In this document: positions 24,826-36,094 of the stretch, one piece after another
Position numbering within the stretch: position 1 is the first letter of the stretch
Layout of the letters: each line of letters starts with the position of its first letter
Assembly (NCBI GenBank): GCA_038087875.1
Contig: CM075997.1
Span: 4,094,001 to 4,158,000, forward strand
Length of the DNA: 64,000 nt
Reading direction: 5' to 3'
Origin: Malacoraja senta
Taxonomy: Eukaryota
Translations under genes and position numbers: made by a program
The notes under the pieces: generated by a model
Database searches by the model: none
Told to the model about the DNA's origin: nothing
What the model saw: only the letters and a program-made list of their open reading frames with translations

Positions 24826-25131
24826 TATGTCCTTGTTCACCGATTACAAATTCCTTTGCGAGTCCCCCGAGAACGTGAAAAGTGGTGTGAAAATGCAAAT
24901 AAAAGCTGTGATATCTCTCGCACTAATCAGTCCAACAAATAGTCTTCAGTTTTACCACATACATAAAGGCAGGCATGCAGCCAATCTGTTTTCCAACCAA
25001 GGGTAGTATCCAAAGATAGAACAAGCATCAAGGAAGTCTCTGGGAATCTTGCTGGATTCACATCTCAGCACAAGCAGCAGTTGGGATAAAACCTTCAGGA
25101 GATCTGATTCCCAGTACACCTGTACAACTAA

Positions 25132-25615
25132 AGGGCCTGTCCCACTTGGGCGACCTAATCCGCGAGTTCTGGCGAGTTTGCCCTTGACTCATACTCGCAG
25201 CATGGTCGACACGAGGTCGTAGGTCTTCGTAACTCTCCTTCATGCTCGAGTGGTCTCCGCGTACTCGAGGCCTCAGCGTTTTTTTCAATATGTTAAAAAA
25301 TGCCCACGAGTAAAAAAAGGTTGCCATGGAAAAAATAAATACTTTTTCTACCCATAGGTTTAGTCGTAGTCGGTCGTCATGTTAGTCGTAGGTAATCGAG
25401 GGTAGTCGTAGATAGTCTTCATCATAGTCGAAGGGAAGTCAAACGAGGTCGAAAGGGGTCGTCTTCCCTCTCCATTATTTGGGTGTCCAATTTTCCCGAA
25501 GTTAGTCGTAGCTAGTCGAAGCTGGTCTTCAACATAATCGAAGGAGGTCTTCAAAGTCATTTTTATCAAACTCTACTAAACTCACCAATTAGGTCGCCCA
25601 AGTGGGACAGTCCCT
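25132..25615. mobile_element. PIF/Harbinger-like MITE
   Basis: Same TIR extended by GGGCGACCTAAT; flanks TAA/TTA; repeated TAGTCGTAG. Confidence 0.75.
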
Positions 25616-27614
25616 TTAGTGATGCAGCAATATTTCCACCGATAACATGCTGCACAACCTTGGCCCCTCTCAGGTTTGCCAATAAAAAGATGAACGCAGG
25701 ACTAGAATCCTAAATTGGACCTGTTAGAAACCAAACCAGTCACAACTACACATAGAAGATCCAGTTTCATTATCCCACAGGGTGTCATTGAGGTCTGCGG
25801 GGCCCAGCTGCTGAACATTTGAACAACTAATTGCAAACAATGTGCAGTGGAGTTTAATAATGCATGTTTTAATAACTTTTTTCTGATGCAACATAATTGT
25901 TCAGTTTTAGGCAAACAAAGCACCAATGTAATCACAGAGCAACAAGTTCAGTACTTATCCAAAGGTAGCGTTAAATAGCAGGCAGCGGTAAGGAAAGGAA
26001 GCACGCAGTCTCACACTATGAAGCATTTGATCTAGATCAACAGCCTGACCGTACATAGGCATTTCGTGATCACATTTGCAGTAGAAACCAATGGGATAAA
26101 ATTCTTGGCAATAACTAGTCTTTGTCGAGGTCAGTCTTCTATTCTAATAGGCAAACAGTGACTAATGGAAAACAAAATCCACCAATTTTTTTTCTTCACA
26201 ATGCATACTTTTCCACAACAAACAATTTCATGTCTATAACTATGAATTACTTTTAAAGTCAAATTAAATGCCATCAAGAGAATGCCGGCTACCTTGCATT
26301 CCTCCTAGGGACTTTAAATCTCCCATCAGAACCCTTGGTTTGGTACCCCATACTGATGGCCTCCAAACCACCCAATGTTGGTCATCACTGATAACAAAGT
26401 GGAAGCTTGTCACTGACATAGCATCAATAGGCAACGTATATTTACCTACGTTTACCTACGCTGTGCTTTGTGGGGCCAACCCAGTTAGTTTAGTTTAGAT
26501 ACAGCGCGGAAACAGGCCCTTCGGCCCACCGAATCCATGCCCACCAGCGAACCCCGCACAAACACCAGCCTACACACACACACCAGGGACAATTCATACA
26601 TTTCCCAATCCAATTAACCTACAAACCTGCACGTCTCTGGAGTTTGGGAGGAAACCGAAGATCTCGGAGAAAATCCACGCAGTCACGGGTAAAACGTACA
26701 AACTCCGTACAGACAGCACCCGTAGTCGGGATCGAACCTGGGTCTGTGGTGCTGTAAGGCAGCAACTCTACCACTGCGCCACCGTGCCAATTGTTACAAC
26801 CTTTCAAAGCAAGTATGTTTCCCATGGCTCTCAACTCCTGTGCTTCACTTACCTTTCCCCAAGATCCCACATGACATTTAAATTGAAATCCATCGACTGA
26901 GAAACCAAAAATCGTGCAATCTACCCCACCAGGCTACTGTGTTTGAAGGAAAGCGTCTGATGAAGGGTCTCGACCAGAAACATCACCTATTCGTTTTCTT
27001 CAGAGATGCTGCCTGACCCACTGTGTCCATCTACCAGATTACTGCCTAGGCTGTGAAGATAGCACTAAAGCTAGTTATAGTTCGTCCTCCTAACCACACA
27101 CCGATTGGGAATCAAAGCTGGAAAATTTCTGGCCTGTAATGTTCTGCAACTTATTCAGGGATCATTTACTCACCATCAAGGGAAGTCCACAATTTCTATG
27201 CTCTGGGATAAGCTTCCACACTCCAAAGTGACAGCAAGCTGATGTATAATCAAAGGTTACAATAGCAATGGATCCAAATTGAACACAGTATGTCAACTAC
27301 CCATTTTGAAAATGACACCACGCAGAAGGAAGCCATCCAGCCTACTGCAGTGATGGTTGATTTAGGTTTGGAATAAGTGGGTAAGTCGGACAAACACAAG
27401 AATCAAGCTCAGGAACATGTGGCCATTTCAGACCTGGTTCCTATTTTTGATGACTTTGACAATGCAAGGCAGAATGAAAGGCTGGAGTCACAGCCCCATG
27501 TACACAGGGAGACAACTAGCTAAGTCACCTCACCTGGAGGCGACTCTTACAAGTACCTCTCACACACCTGCTTGAAGTCCAGAAAGCAAGTGAGGTAAAA
27601 AACACCCAAAGCTG

Positions 27615-28386
27615 AAAGATAGGCAGATTTGATTTTATTAACAGTATGTTTGTCCGCTTCTAGAGATGGAAGACAACTTTTCAGTTTCCTGGCCAAACTG
27701 GCGGTGAAAGAAATCAACTGCCTGAAAGATATTCTGAAGTGTTTTGTTTGTACATATCTGGAGTGTTTGTTTAGTCGTCTGACTTCCCGTCTATTTACAA
27801 ACGTAATCAGAGATAGTTCTGAGCATTCCTGTCACTTCATGTCAAAACAATACTAAAAACCAATGTCACCATCAAAGATATTCCTTAATTAGACACGGCG
27901 TAAACACAAATCCTTGTAAGACATAATCGAGAGCAATAACACCAAAAGCTTTGTAGGTTGTTAAATCTTAACTTTATCCCAGATACAAAAGCAGTTTCAA
28001 ACAGACTCAACAGAAAAGCACAAGCAAAGACATGAACCTTATACATTATATAAAAAAGTTAACATATTCGAAGTATCACCCAATTGTTTTTGAAGTTTTG
28101 TCATTAGTTATCTTGACAAAATAGCTTACCGACAGTAGAAAGTTACATAAAAATCTAAAAAGACGTCATTACATTAAACATCTCAGAATCTTAAATGGTT
28201 TAATTCTTCCTTTTGCATCTTTTCTTCAATTTTACAATCACTACTACTATATGACACAATAAAATGCCAGAAAATTGAGGTGTGTCACACACCCAAACAG
28301 AGCTTTTAAATCTTTGTACAACCGACTGCTCATAGAATTATTCTGTTTTTCTTTTAAAAAAATGGTTTGGGCAAAAGCTTCAGCAT
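27615..28386 (-). other. HNRNPUL1: HNRNPUL1 3' UTR with AATAAA at 27634-27639
   Basis: Repeat-free U-rich sequence after the stop; AATAAA followed by a U/GU-rich tract (TTTGGGTGTTTTTT). The 3' end is approximate. Confidence 0.6.
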
Positions 28387-28500
28387 TTACTGTGTCCCAG
28401 AGCCTTGGGATCCTCCTGAGTAATTCCCATAGTTGTAGTTTCCGTAGTATTGATTCCACTGATTCTGGTTCTGGTAATACTGGCTCCACTGCTGCGCATA
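28387..28500 (-). CDS. HNRNPUL1: hnRNPUL1 last coding exon with stop
   Basis: ttctccag acceptor; [40 protein letters not shown], matching the characteristic hnRNPUL1 C-terminus. Confidence 0.95.
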   Translation of the reverse strand, partial: YAQQWSQYYQNQNQWNQYYGNYNYGNYSGGSQGSGTQ

Positions 28501-30386
28501 CTGGAGAACAAACAAAATATGGACATTGTTAAATGAGCAGAGAACCGAGTCATTTCAGAGTGAGTCCGAGAAGAATGAAAAAAAATCTTTAAAATAAATA
28601 TTTCAATGTATGTATTTCATTAGGTCAGGGTATTGGTTCTAGGAGTCACATGGTTTGAGCATGCTGACTGGTTGCATCGTGGCTTGGTTCGGCAACTTGT
28701 ACGACCAGGAGCGGAAAAGAATGCAGAAAGTTGTGACCACTGCCCAGTCCATCATCGGCTCTGACCTCCCCACCATCGAGGGGATCTATCGCAGTCGCAG
28801 CCTCAAAGAGGCTGCCAACATCACCAAAGACCCACAATATCCTGGCCGCACACTCATCTCTCCGCTGCCTTCAGGAAGAAGGTACAGGAGCCTGAAATCT
28901 GGAACATCCAGGTTCAGGAACAGCTACTTCCCCACCACCATCAGACTATTAAACACGACATCAAACAAACTCTGAACTATTACAGCCTATTGCACTTTAT
29001 CTGTTTATTTATGTGTGTGTATATATATATATATGGCCTATGGTATATAGACACACTGAACTGTTCTGTATTCTGCTTACAATATTCTGTTGTGCTGCAG
29101 CAAGCAAGAATGTCATTGTCCTATCTGGGACACATGACAATAACCTCTCGACTCTCGACTAAAACACAAAGTACTGGAGTAAAAATATTCTGGGTGGCAT
29201 GATGACGCAACAGTAAAGTTTCTTCCGTCGCAGCGCCAGAGACCCGCGTTCGATCCAGAATACGGGTGGTCTGTATGGCGTTTGTACGTTCTCCCCTTGT
29301 GTTTTCTCCGGGTACTCCGGTTTCATCCCACATTCCAATGACATGCAGATTTGTGACATGGCACTTGGCCTCTGTAAATTGTCCCTAGTGTATAGGATGG
29401 AACTAGTGTGCATGGGTGATCATTGGTTGGCGTGGACTCAGTGGACCACGCTGAATCTCTGAACTAAACTACTCCACTGGTGTCACTCCAGCTCTTGGGT
29501 TTAGGTTTTGTTATCGTCACATGCACCGAGGTACAGTGAAAAGCTTACCTTCGCATGCTATCCAATCAGATCAGATAATACTATATATCATTTTATTCGT
29601 CAAACTCAAGAACAAGAGATGAATTCCCTGGAACATCGAAGGTTGAGGATAGACGATGGAAGTATATATTATGGGAGTCATATATAGGGAAGACAATCAG
29701 AACCTTTATCCCCAGGGAGTTAATGTCCAACTAAAGGCATAGCTATAAGGTGAAAGGGGGAAATGTAATGGAAATGCATGGGGGCGTTTGTGTTTAAAGC
29801 ACAGAGTGGTGGAGGCCTGCAACAGATCGGCAGGGATGGTGGTGGAGGTGGACAAGAAGATTTTAGATAGGCACATGGAAGTGCAAGGAATAGAAGGATA
29901 TGCATCATGTACAGGCAGATGAGATCAGTTAAACTTGGCATCATATTCAGCACAAACATTGTGGGACGAAGGTTCAGTTTCTGTACTGTACAGTTCTAAA
30001 GAGCAAAGAGAAGATGCAAAGTGCAGAATATAGTTCTCTGCATGTAGCACACCAGTTCCATAGACAAAGTGCAATGTCTGCAATGGGGTTGGGGTGAATT
30101 GGAGTTTGTGCTTTACTCAAACATGTGTGTTTTACTCAATGCTTTTGAGAGATTGGGCATAATACCCAATTTGCCCAGACATCCATCAGAGCACAATCCA
30201 CTCCAAAAACCAGGATCTACCCTGCCCCACTTCAATAATCTCAGCAGCCAGTTTCGGGCCTGGCCATGCACTGGCTTCAAATGGCCCCGTATTAAGTTTG
30301 CCAACAATTGACTAGTGTAGATGAGACACGTTGGTCTGTGCGGGCAAGTTGGGCCGAAGGAACGAACTGGAGATGCTGGTTTAAAC

Positions 30387-30517
30387 CAAAGATACAGAGG
30401 CATAATGGAGGTCGGGGTCTTATTCCTAAAATGGCAGAAGTGACGTTCCGTTGCGTACTACACGTCAGTCCATTGGATTTTGTAGGAGTGGTCTATCTTG
30501 CTCCTCTAGTATATTTG
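30387..30517. mobile_element. Putative hAT-type MITE
   Basis: Imperfect TIR CAAAGATAC-AGAGG / CAAATATACTAGAGG; 8-bp TSD GTTTAAAC (30379-30386, 30518-30525). Confidence 0.5.
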
Positions 30518-30614
30518 GTTTAAACCAAAGAGAGACACAAAAAGCTGGAGTAACTCAGCGGGACTCATGATTTTATAACAACCAGATGGCCTAGAGAACA
30601 ATTCAGGCACTCAC

Positions 30615-30860
30615 CTGCTGGTACTGGTTTGGATATTGCTGGCTGTAGGTCTGTGTTGCAGCTTGGGGCTGAGTGTAGGTTTGGTTGTAGTTCCCATAGT
30701 TGCCATAGCTGCCGTAGCTATAATTAGGATTGTATGCTTGATTATAGCTCTGGGCATAACTCTGCCCGTAGGTTGCTGGCGCGGGGAGAGCTGGCGCCGG
30801 GGCTGGAGCTAGCGGTGCTGGTGCAGGGGTCGGCGTGGTCGTTGGTGCGGCTGGTGCTGG
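30615..30860 (-). CDS. HNRNPUL1: hnRNPUL1 exon 14 (Pro/Ala-rich and Y/Q/N/S-rich)
   Basis: 246 nt, phase 0-0; PAPAAPTTT...YSYGSYGNY...QTYSQQYPNQYQQ; GTGAGT donor. Confidence 0.92.
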
Positions 30861-32196
30861 CTGAAGTAGGAACAAAACATGGAAAGTTTATTTAGTTTTT
30901 TAAGAGATTCAGCACGGAATCAGGCCCTTCAGCCCGCTGCCCATCATTCACACAAGTTTTATTCAATTTTCTCATCCACTCTACACACGAGGGGTAATTT
31001 ACAGTGGGGCCAATTAACCTACAAACCGCACGTCTTTGCGATGTGGGAGAAGACTCATGTGGCACAGGGGAAACGTACAAACTCCACACAGATAGCACCT
31101 GAGGACAGAATCAAACCGAGGGTTCTAGTGGCGTGAGGCAGTGGCTTTACCAGTTTGCTGCAGAGTTCAACTGTTTCTGATGTTTAGTATTATTGATACA
31201 CAAATAAATTCGACCGAGGAAAAATATCTAGTACAGGAAGCACTGGCTGACAGGTGAATGAATATTAAGTCAGTACCTGTTCCCACAGATGCGCCTGACC
31301 TTCCCCATAGTCCCTTTCCCCCTGTTTGGGGCTACGTATTTTTGGTTTATTATTGTCACTTACATTGAAGTACAGTAGGAAACGTTGTTTGCGTGCGATC
31401 CAGTCAAATCATGCCCTACGCGAGTACAATCAAGTAATACATAAGCATAACGGGTAGTGCAGAGAAAAATAAAGAGTGGAGAATATAGTGTTACACCATT
31501 AGTAACAGAGAAAGCACAAATTGAAAATAAGTACTAGAGAGTCAGGCTGGAAGATCAGGACTACACCCAAGCTTCTGGGAGGACTGTTCTGTAGCATGGT
31601 GATAGTAGGGAGGGGGGGTTGAATAGACAATAGACAATAGGTGCAGGAGCCAGCACCGCCATTCAATGTGATCATGGCTGATCATCCCCAATCAGTACCC
31701 CGTTCCTGCCTTCTCCCCATATCCCCTGACTCCGCTATTTTTAAGAGCCCTATCTAGCTCTCTCTTGAAAGCATCCAGAGAACCTGCCTCCACCTGAGGC
31801 AGAGAATTCCACAGACTCACCACTCTCTGTGAGAAAAAGTGTTTCCTCGTCTCCGTTCTAAATGGCTTACTCCTTATTCTTAAACTGTGGCCCCTGATTC
31901 TGAATATTGCAACCTTCACGTGGTCCGCCCTGTTTCGACGAATGCAATCAACCCGGTGTGCACAATCAAATAGAACAAGTTGTCCTACAACTTTAGGCTG
32001 TGCACGCCATATGCAAGAAGTAGGGAGGGGGTCACTCCTGGATAAATGCAAGCTCTTCCTGTTTTCAACCGCTGGCATTGAGAGAAATCCAGCAACATTG
32101 CCGCTCACTACTTCCTCCACCTTCCATAAAAATTGAAGCGCTAATTTCCAGATGACTGACCCACTCTCGTCCATTTTATTATTTGACAGTGATTAC

Positions 32197-32324
32197 CAGG
32201 CTCTGGGTGTAGGTGGTCTTGTTGTAGGTGGTTGGACGCGTCAGGTTGTAGCTCGGGGTGCGATTGTAGGTACCGCGACTGCCGTTGTTGTTGTTGTTGT
32301 TGGGCCAGCGGTTGGGTGGGTTAC
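32197..32324 (-). CDS. HNRNPUL1: hnRNPUL1 exon 13
   Basis: 128 nt, phase 1-0; GNPPNRWPNNNNNNGSRGTYNRTPSYN...TQSL; cag acceptor, GTAATC donor. Confidence 0.88.
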
Positions 32325-32439
32325 CTGCACGATTAAAACCTACATTTAAAAAGAGACATGCCAGTTGTATTCATAGCGAACAACTACTCTTCATAAAAGG
32401 CAAAGGGCTATCCACCAATAGTTAAATAGTAACAAGTAA

Positions 32440-32812
32440 TGGGCCTGTCCCACTTACGCGGCCTTTTCGACCCGTCATAGGTTGCCAAAAATGTTCAACA
32501 TGTTAAAAATTCAGCGGCGACCAGAAAGTCGCTACGACTCGTTGGAGACCTCTCACGACCATAGTAGACCTCTCATGACCATACAGGCGACCCCTGGCGA
32601 CATGTTGCGGGTGACCTCTCACGACCATAGGAGACCTCTCACAACCATACAGTCTGAATGGTCGTGAGTGGTCTCCTATGGTCGTGAGAGGTCTCCAAAG
32701 AGTCGTAGCGTCTTTCTGGTCGCCGCTGAATTTTCAACATGTTGAAAATTTTCGGCGACCTATGATGGGTGCCGGCAGTCGCCGAAAAGGTCGCGCATGT
32801 GGGACAGGCCCT
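32440..32812. mobile_element. PIF/Harbinger-like MITE in HNRNPUL1 intron 12
   Basis: Same TIR; long inverted arms; flanks TAA/CAA. Confidence 0.72.
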
Positions 32813-34078
32813 CAAGCCGTTCAGTTCCATGAACCAATTCTGCCATCACATAATAAATGTAATCTGACTGCACCAATCTTGTTTCCCTAACATCAAAGTT
32901 TCATGTTTGTGTTCTTCAAATGTTTCCAGTCGGCTGCATTTTTTCAGGAAACAAGCTCTTGGTTTTTATGAGCCTTCACACGAGTGCTTCAAACCTGAAG
33001 GATCTGGTGTTATGTTTGGCATATAGAGTCATTGGGAGATAACGGCAGAGAACCAGGCCATTCGACCCACCACATCAATACTGACATTCAAGCACCCAGT
33101 TTCACATTTATTCTAACCCATCTTATTCTCTCCATATTCACATCAGCTCCCTGCTAGATTCTGCCACTCAGATATACATCAAGCGGCAATTCACAGTAGC
33201 CAATTAGCCTACTAATCCACATATTTTTGGTGCAATGAATGAAATCCAAAGCTGGGATAGGTAAATTCTTGTTCGGTAAGGACGTCAAAGGTTACAGTGA
33301 GAAGACAGGAAGGGAAAATAAATCAGCCACGATCAAACGGCGGAGCAGACTGAATGGGCCAAATGGCTCCTATGTCTTATGGTATTTCACAGGTGATTGT
33401 GCAAACATCACGCAGACAGGAGTTCAGGATTACACCCAGGTTGCTGGAGCCATTGAACAACAGCTTCACTAGCTATGCCATGGTGCTGCCCAGGTAATGA
33501 TCGGGTCACTGGAAATAAAATTCTCGTTTAGCACCTAGTAAAAGTTCTAATGGAACTGTAGATAAATAATATTCACACCTTCCAAAGCAGTTCAGCATTA
33601 ACTGGGATAGTTTATGTTCATAAGTTCTAGGAGCAGGACTAGGCCATTTGGCCCATCAAGTCTACTCCTCCATCCAATCATGGCTGATCCATATTTCCCT
33701 TTAAACCCCATTCTCCTGCCTTCGCCCCGTAACCCCTGACACCCGTACTAATCAATAATCTATCAATCTCCGGCATAAAATATATATTGACTTGGCCTCC
33801 ACAGCCGTTTGTGGCAATGAATTACACAGATTCACCACCCTCTGACTAAGGAAATTCTTCCTCATCTCCTTTCTAAAGGTAAATCTTTTTATTCTGAGGC
33901 TATGGCCTATGAGCCTACTCTCCCACTAGTGGAAACATCCTCTCCACATTCACTCTATCCAGACCTTTCACTATTCTGTAAGTTTCGATGAGGTCCCCCT
34001 CATCCTTCTGAACTGCAGTGAGTACAGGCCCAGTGCCTTCAAACACTCATATGTTAATGTGGAGCGATAATTACTAAC

Positions 34079-34321
34079 CTCCTCGGAACCCACCACGGGT
34101 GAAGCCACGAGATGCCTGCCCGCCGCGATTGTCAAATCGGTTGAAGTTTCCGCGCCCGCGGAAGCCTGCAGACCGGTTGTCGAAGCGTTTTTCGGGGGGA
34201 GGGCCGGCCCTCTTTCCTTCATCAATGTACTCGCTCACCAGCTTCTGCGACTCCTCCTTCTGCAGCTCCACGTAGGACACGTCATCGAGGAACTCGTCCA
34301 CCACGGGCAGGGTGAAGTTCG
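34079..34321 (-). CDS. HNRNPUL1: hnRNPUL1 exon 12 (NTPase end and RGG box)
   Basis: 243 nt, phase 1-1; [15 protein letters not shown]...[12 protein letters not shown]...RGGFRG; donor GTTAGT. Confidence 0.95.
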
Positions 34322-34790
34322 CTGCATGCCACAAAAGAGAAGACAAGACACGACGAGAAGGGACAAGTTAATGGCATCACCCAGAACTGGCAAAACCTAA
34401 AGATCGAGCCGCCACAGGACGGACCTTGGCGCCTGTGAGCCAACACCACTCGTCACTGGGAGAAAGCAGGGTTTAAAGAAAAAAAGGTGCTGCAGACTCC
34501 AGAAAACTGGTTCTTAATTTCCGTTTGGCACAAAGTGGAAACTGGTTATCATCAATGCATTTATGGATATCACATAAATCGGAGAATCTGGTGATCCCCA
34601 TAACATTCTCAGTGTACTGACCTCAGCTCTACAGTACGTCTGGCAAGAGGGAAGAGATGGTGAAATGGGTTTGATGCGGGATAAGTAACAAAGGATGAAG
34701 GGGAAAAGAGCTCTCTGACTTGATGCTTTTTTTCCTTCCAACTGTTTTTTTATATTAAAAAAAACAGGATTTGCATTTCTAGATTCCTAC

Positions 34791-34959
34791 CTTTCATTTC
34801 TAAAACTGCATGATCAGGAACATCCTTCCCTTCCTCATCAGTGCGCTTTATTGTTCGTTCTTTTAAATCGGCATCCGTGGGACAAATTACAATAGCCTTG
34901 CGTTGAAACCCTTCAAAAGGACGCATTTTTCGTCTCTGTGCTGATCCATAAACATTTGT
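34791..34959 (-). CDS. HNRNPUL1: hnRNPUL1 exon 11
   Basis: 169 nt; [56 protein letters not shown]. Confidence 0.97.
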
Positions 34960-36094
34960 CTAGCAATGGTGACAAAGAAGAGGCAAAATTGTTCATTATT
35001 TGTTGCTTGGCTTGCAGACAATGAGGCCTGTAAACGACGAAATAAACACTTTTACCCCCTCATAGCTCACACTTGCAGGCAGGGTGGGCACCTCTGCTCT
35101 CTCTCAAAAGAAACTTACCACTGGATTTAGAGGCTCCGTACTGAACGTTTTAAACGTTTACATAAATCCGACGTGGGCTTGTGTGCAAGGCGGAAAGTGA
35201 TTTAAGAAGAATCCTTGCTGCTCCATAATTTAGGCGTACTAAACCAATAGTTCAAGAAAAACGGCAAGAAACTGGAACATTAACAGTTGCTGTCTAATTT
35301 GCCTATTATTTCCAGCATTTGCCATATTTTTATTTTACGAGATATACAGATTTACAGTTTACACCCCAGCGGTATGAACATTGACCTCCAATTCTAGGTA
35401 GTCCCTGCTTTCTCCTCCCCTTCCCAGCTCTCCCTCAGCCCACTGTCTCCGCCTCTTCCTTTCTTATTCCCCCCCCCCCCCCCCTCACATCACTCTGAAG
35501 AAGGGTCTCGACCCAAATCGTTGAAGGGTCTGGACCCGAAACGTTGCCTATTTCCTTCGCTCCATAGATGCTGCCCGCTGAGTTTCTCCAGCATTTTTAT
35601 CTACCTTTTATTTTATGAGAGTTTATTTTCAACATATCTGGTCTTAGGTTTTACAAATTGATATTCGATACAAATTGCCAAACAGGCAATCTCAACATCT
35701 GTTAAAGGACTCTGAACACTTGGTCCTATGACAGTAATTAAACTATTACATTCGAAGTAAATTCAACAAAGACTAGGCAAAATGAACAACACTACAAGCA
35801 TCCCCTGCACAAAACCGTTCAATTTGACTAATACAAAGTCCAACTGGCTCACAGTTTAAATGTGTATAATTATAAAATCACAATTAATGAACAGAAAATG
35901 TTCAATTATAGTCAAGTAATTTTGCTAGAATACATCTGAAGAAGGGTCTCGACCCAAAACATCACCTATTCCTTCACTCCATAGATGCTGCCTCAACTGC
36001 TGAGTTTCTCTAGCATTATCTACCTTCGATTTTTCCAGCATCTGCAGTTCCTTCTTAATCATTCATTGTATGTTCCTTTTACATCATTCCACCT

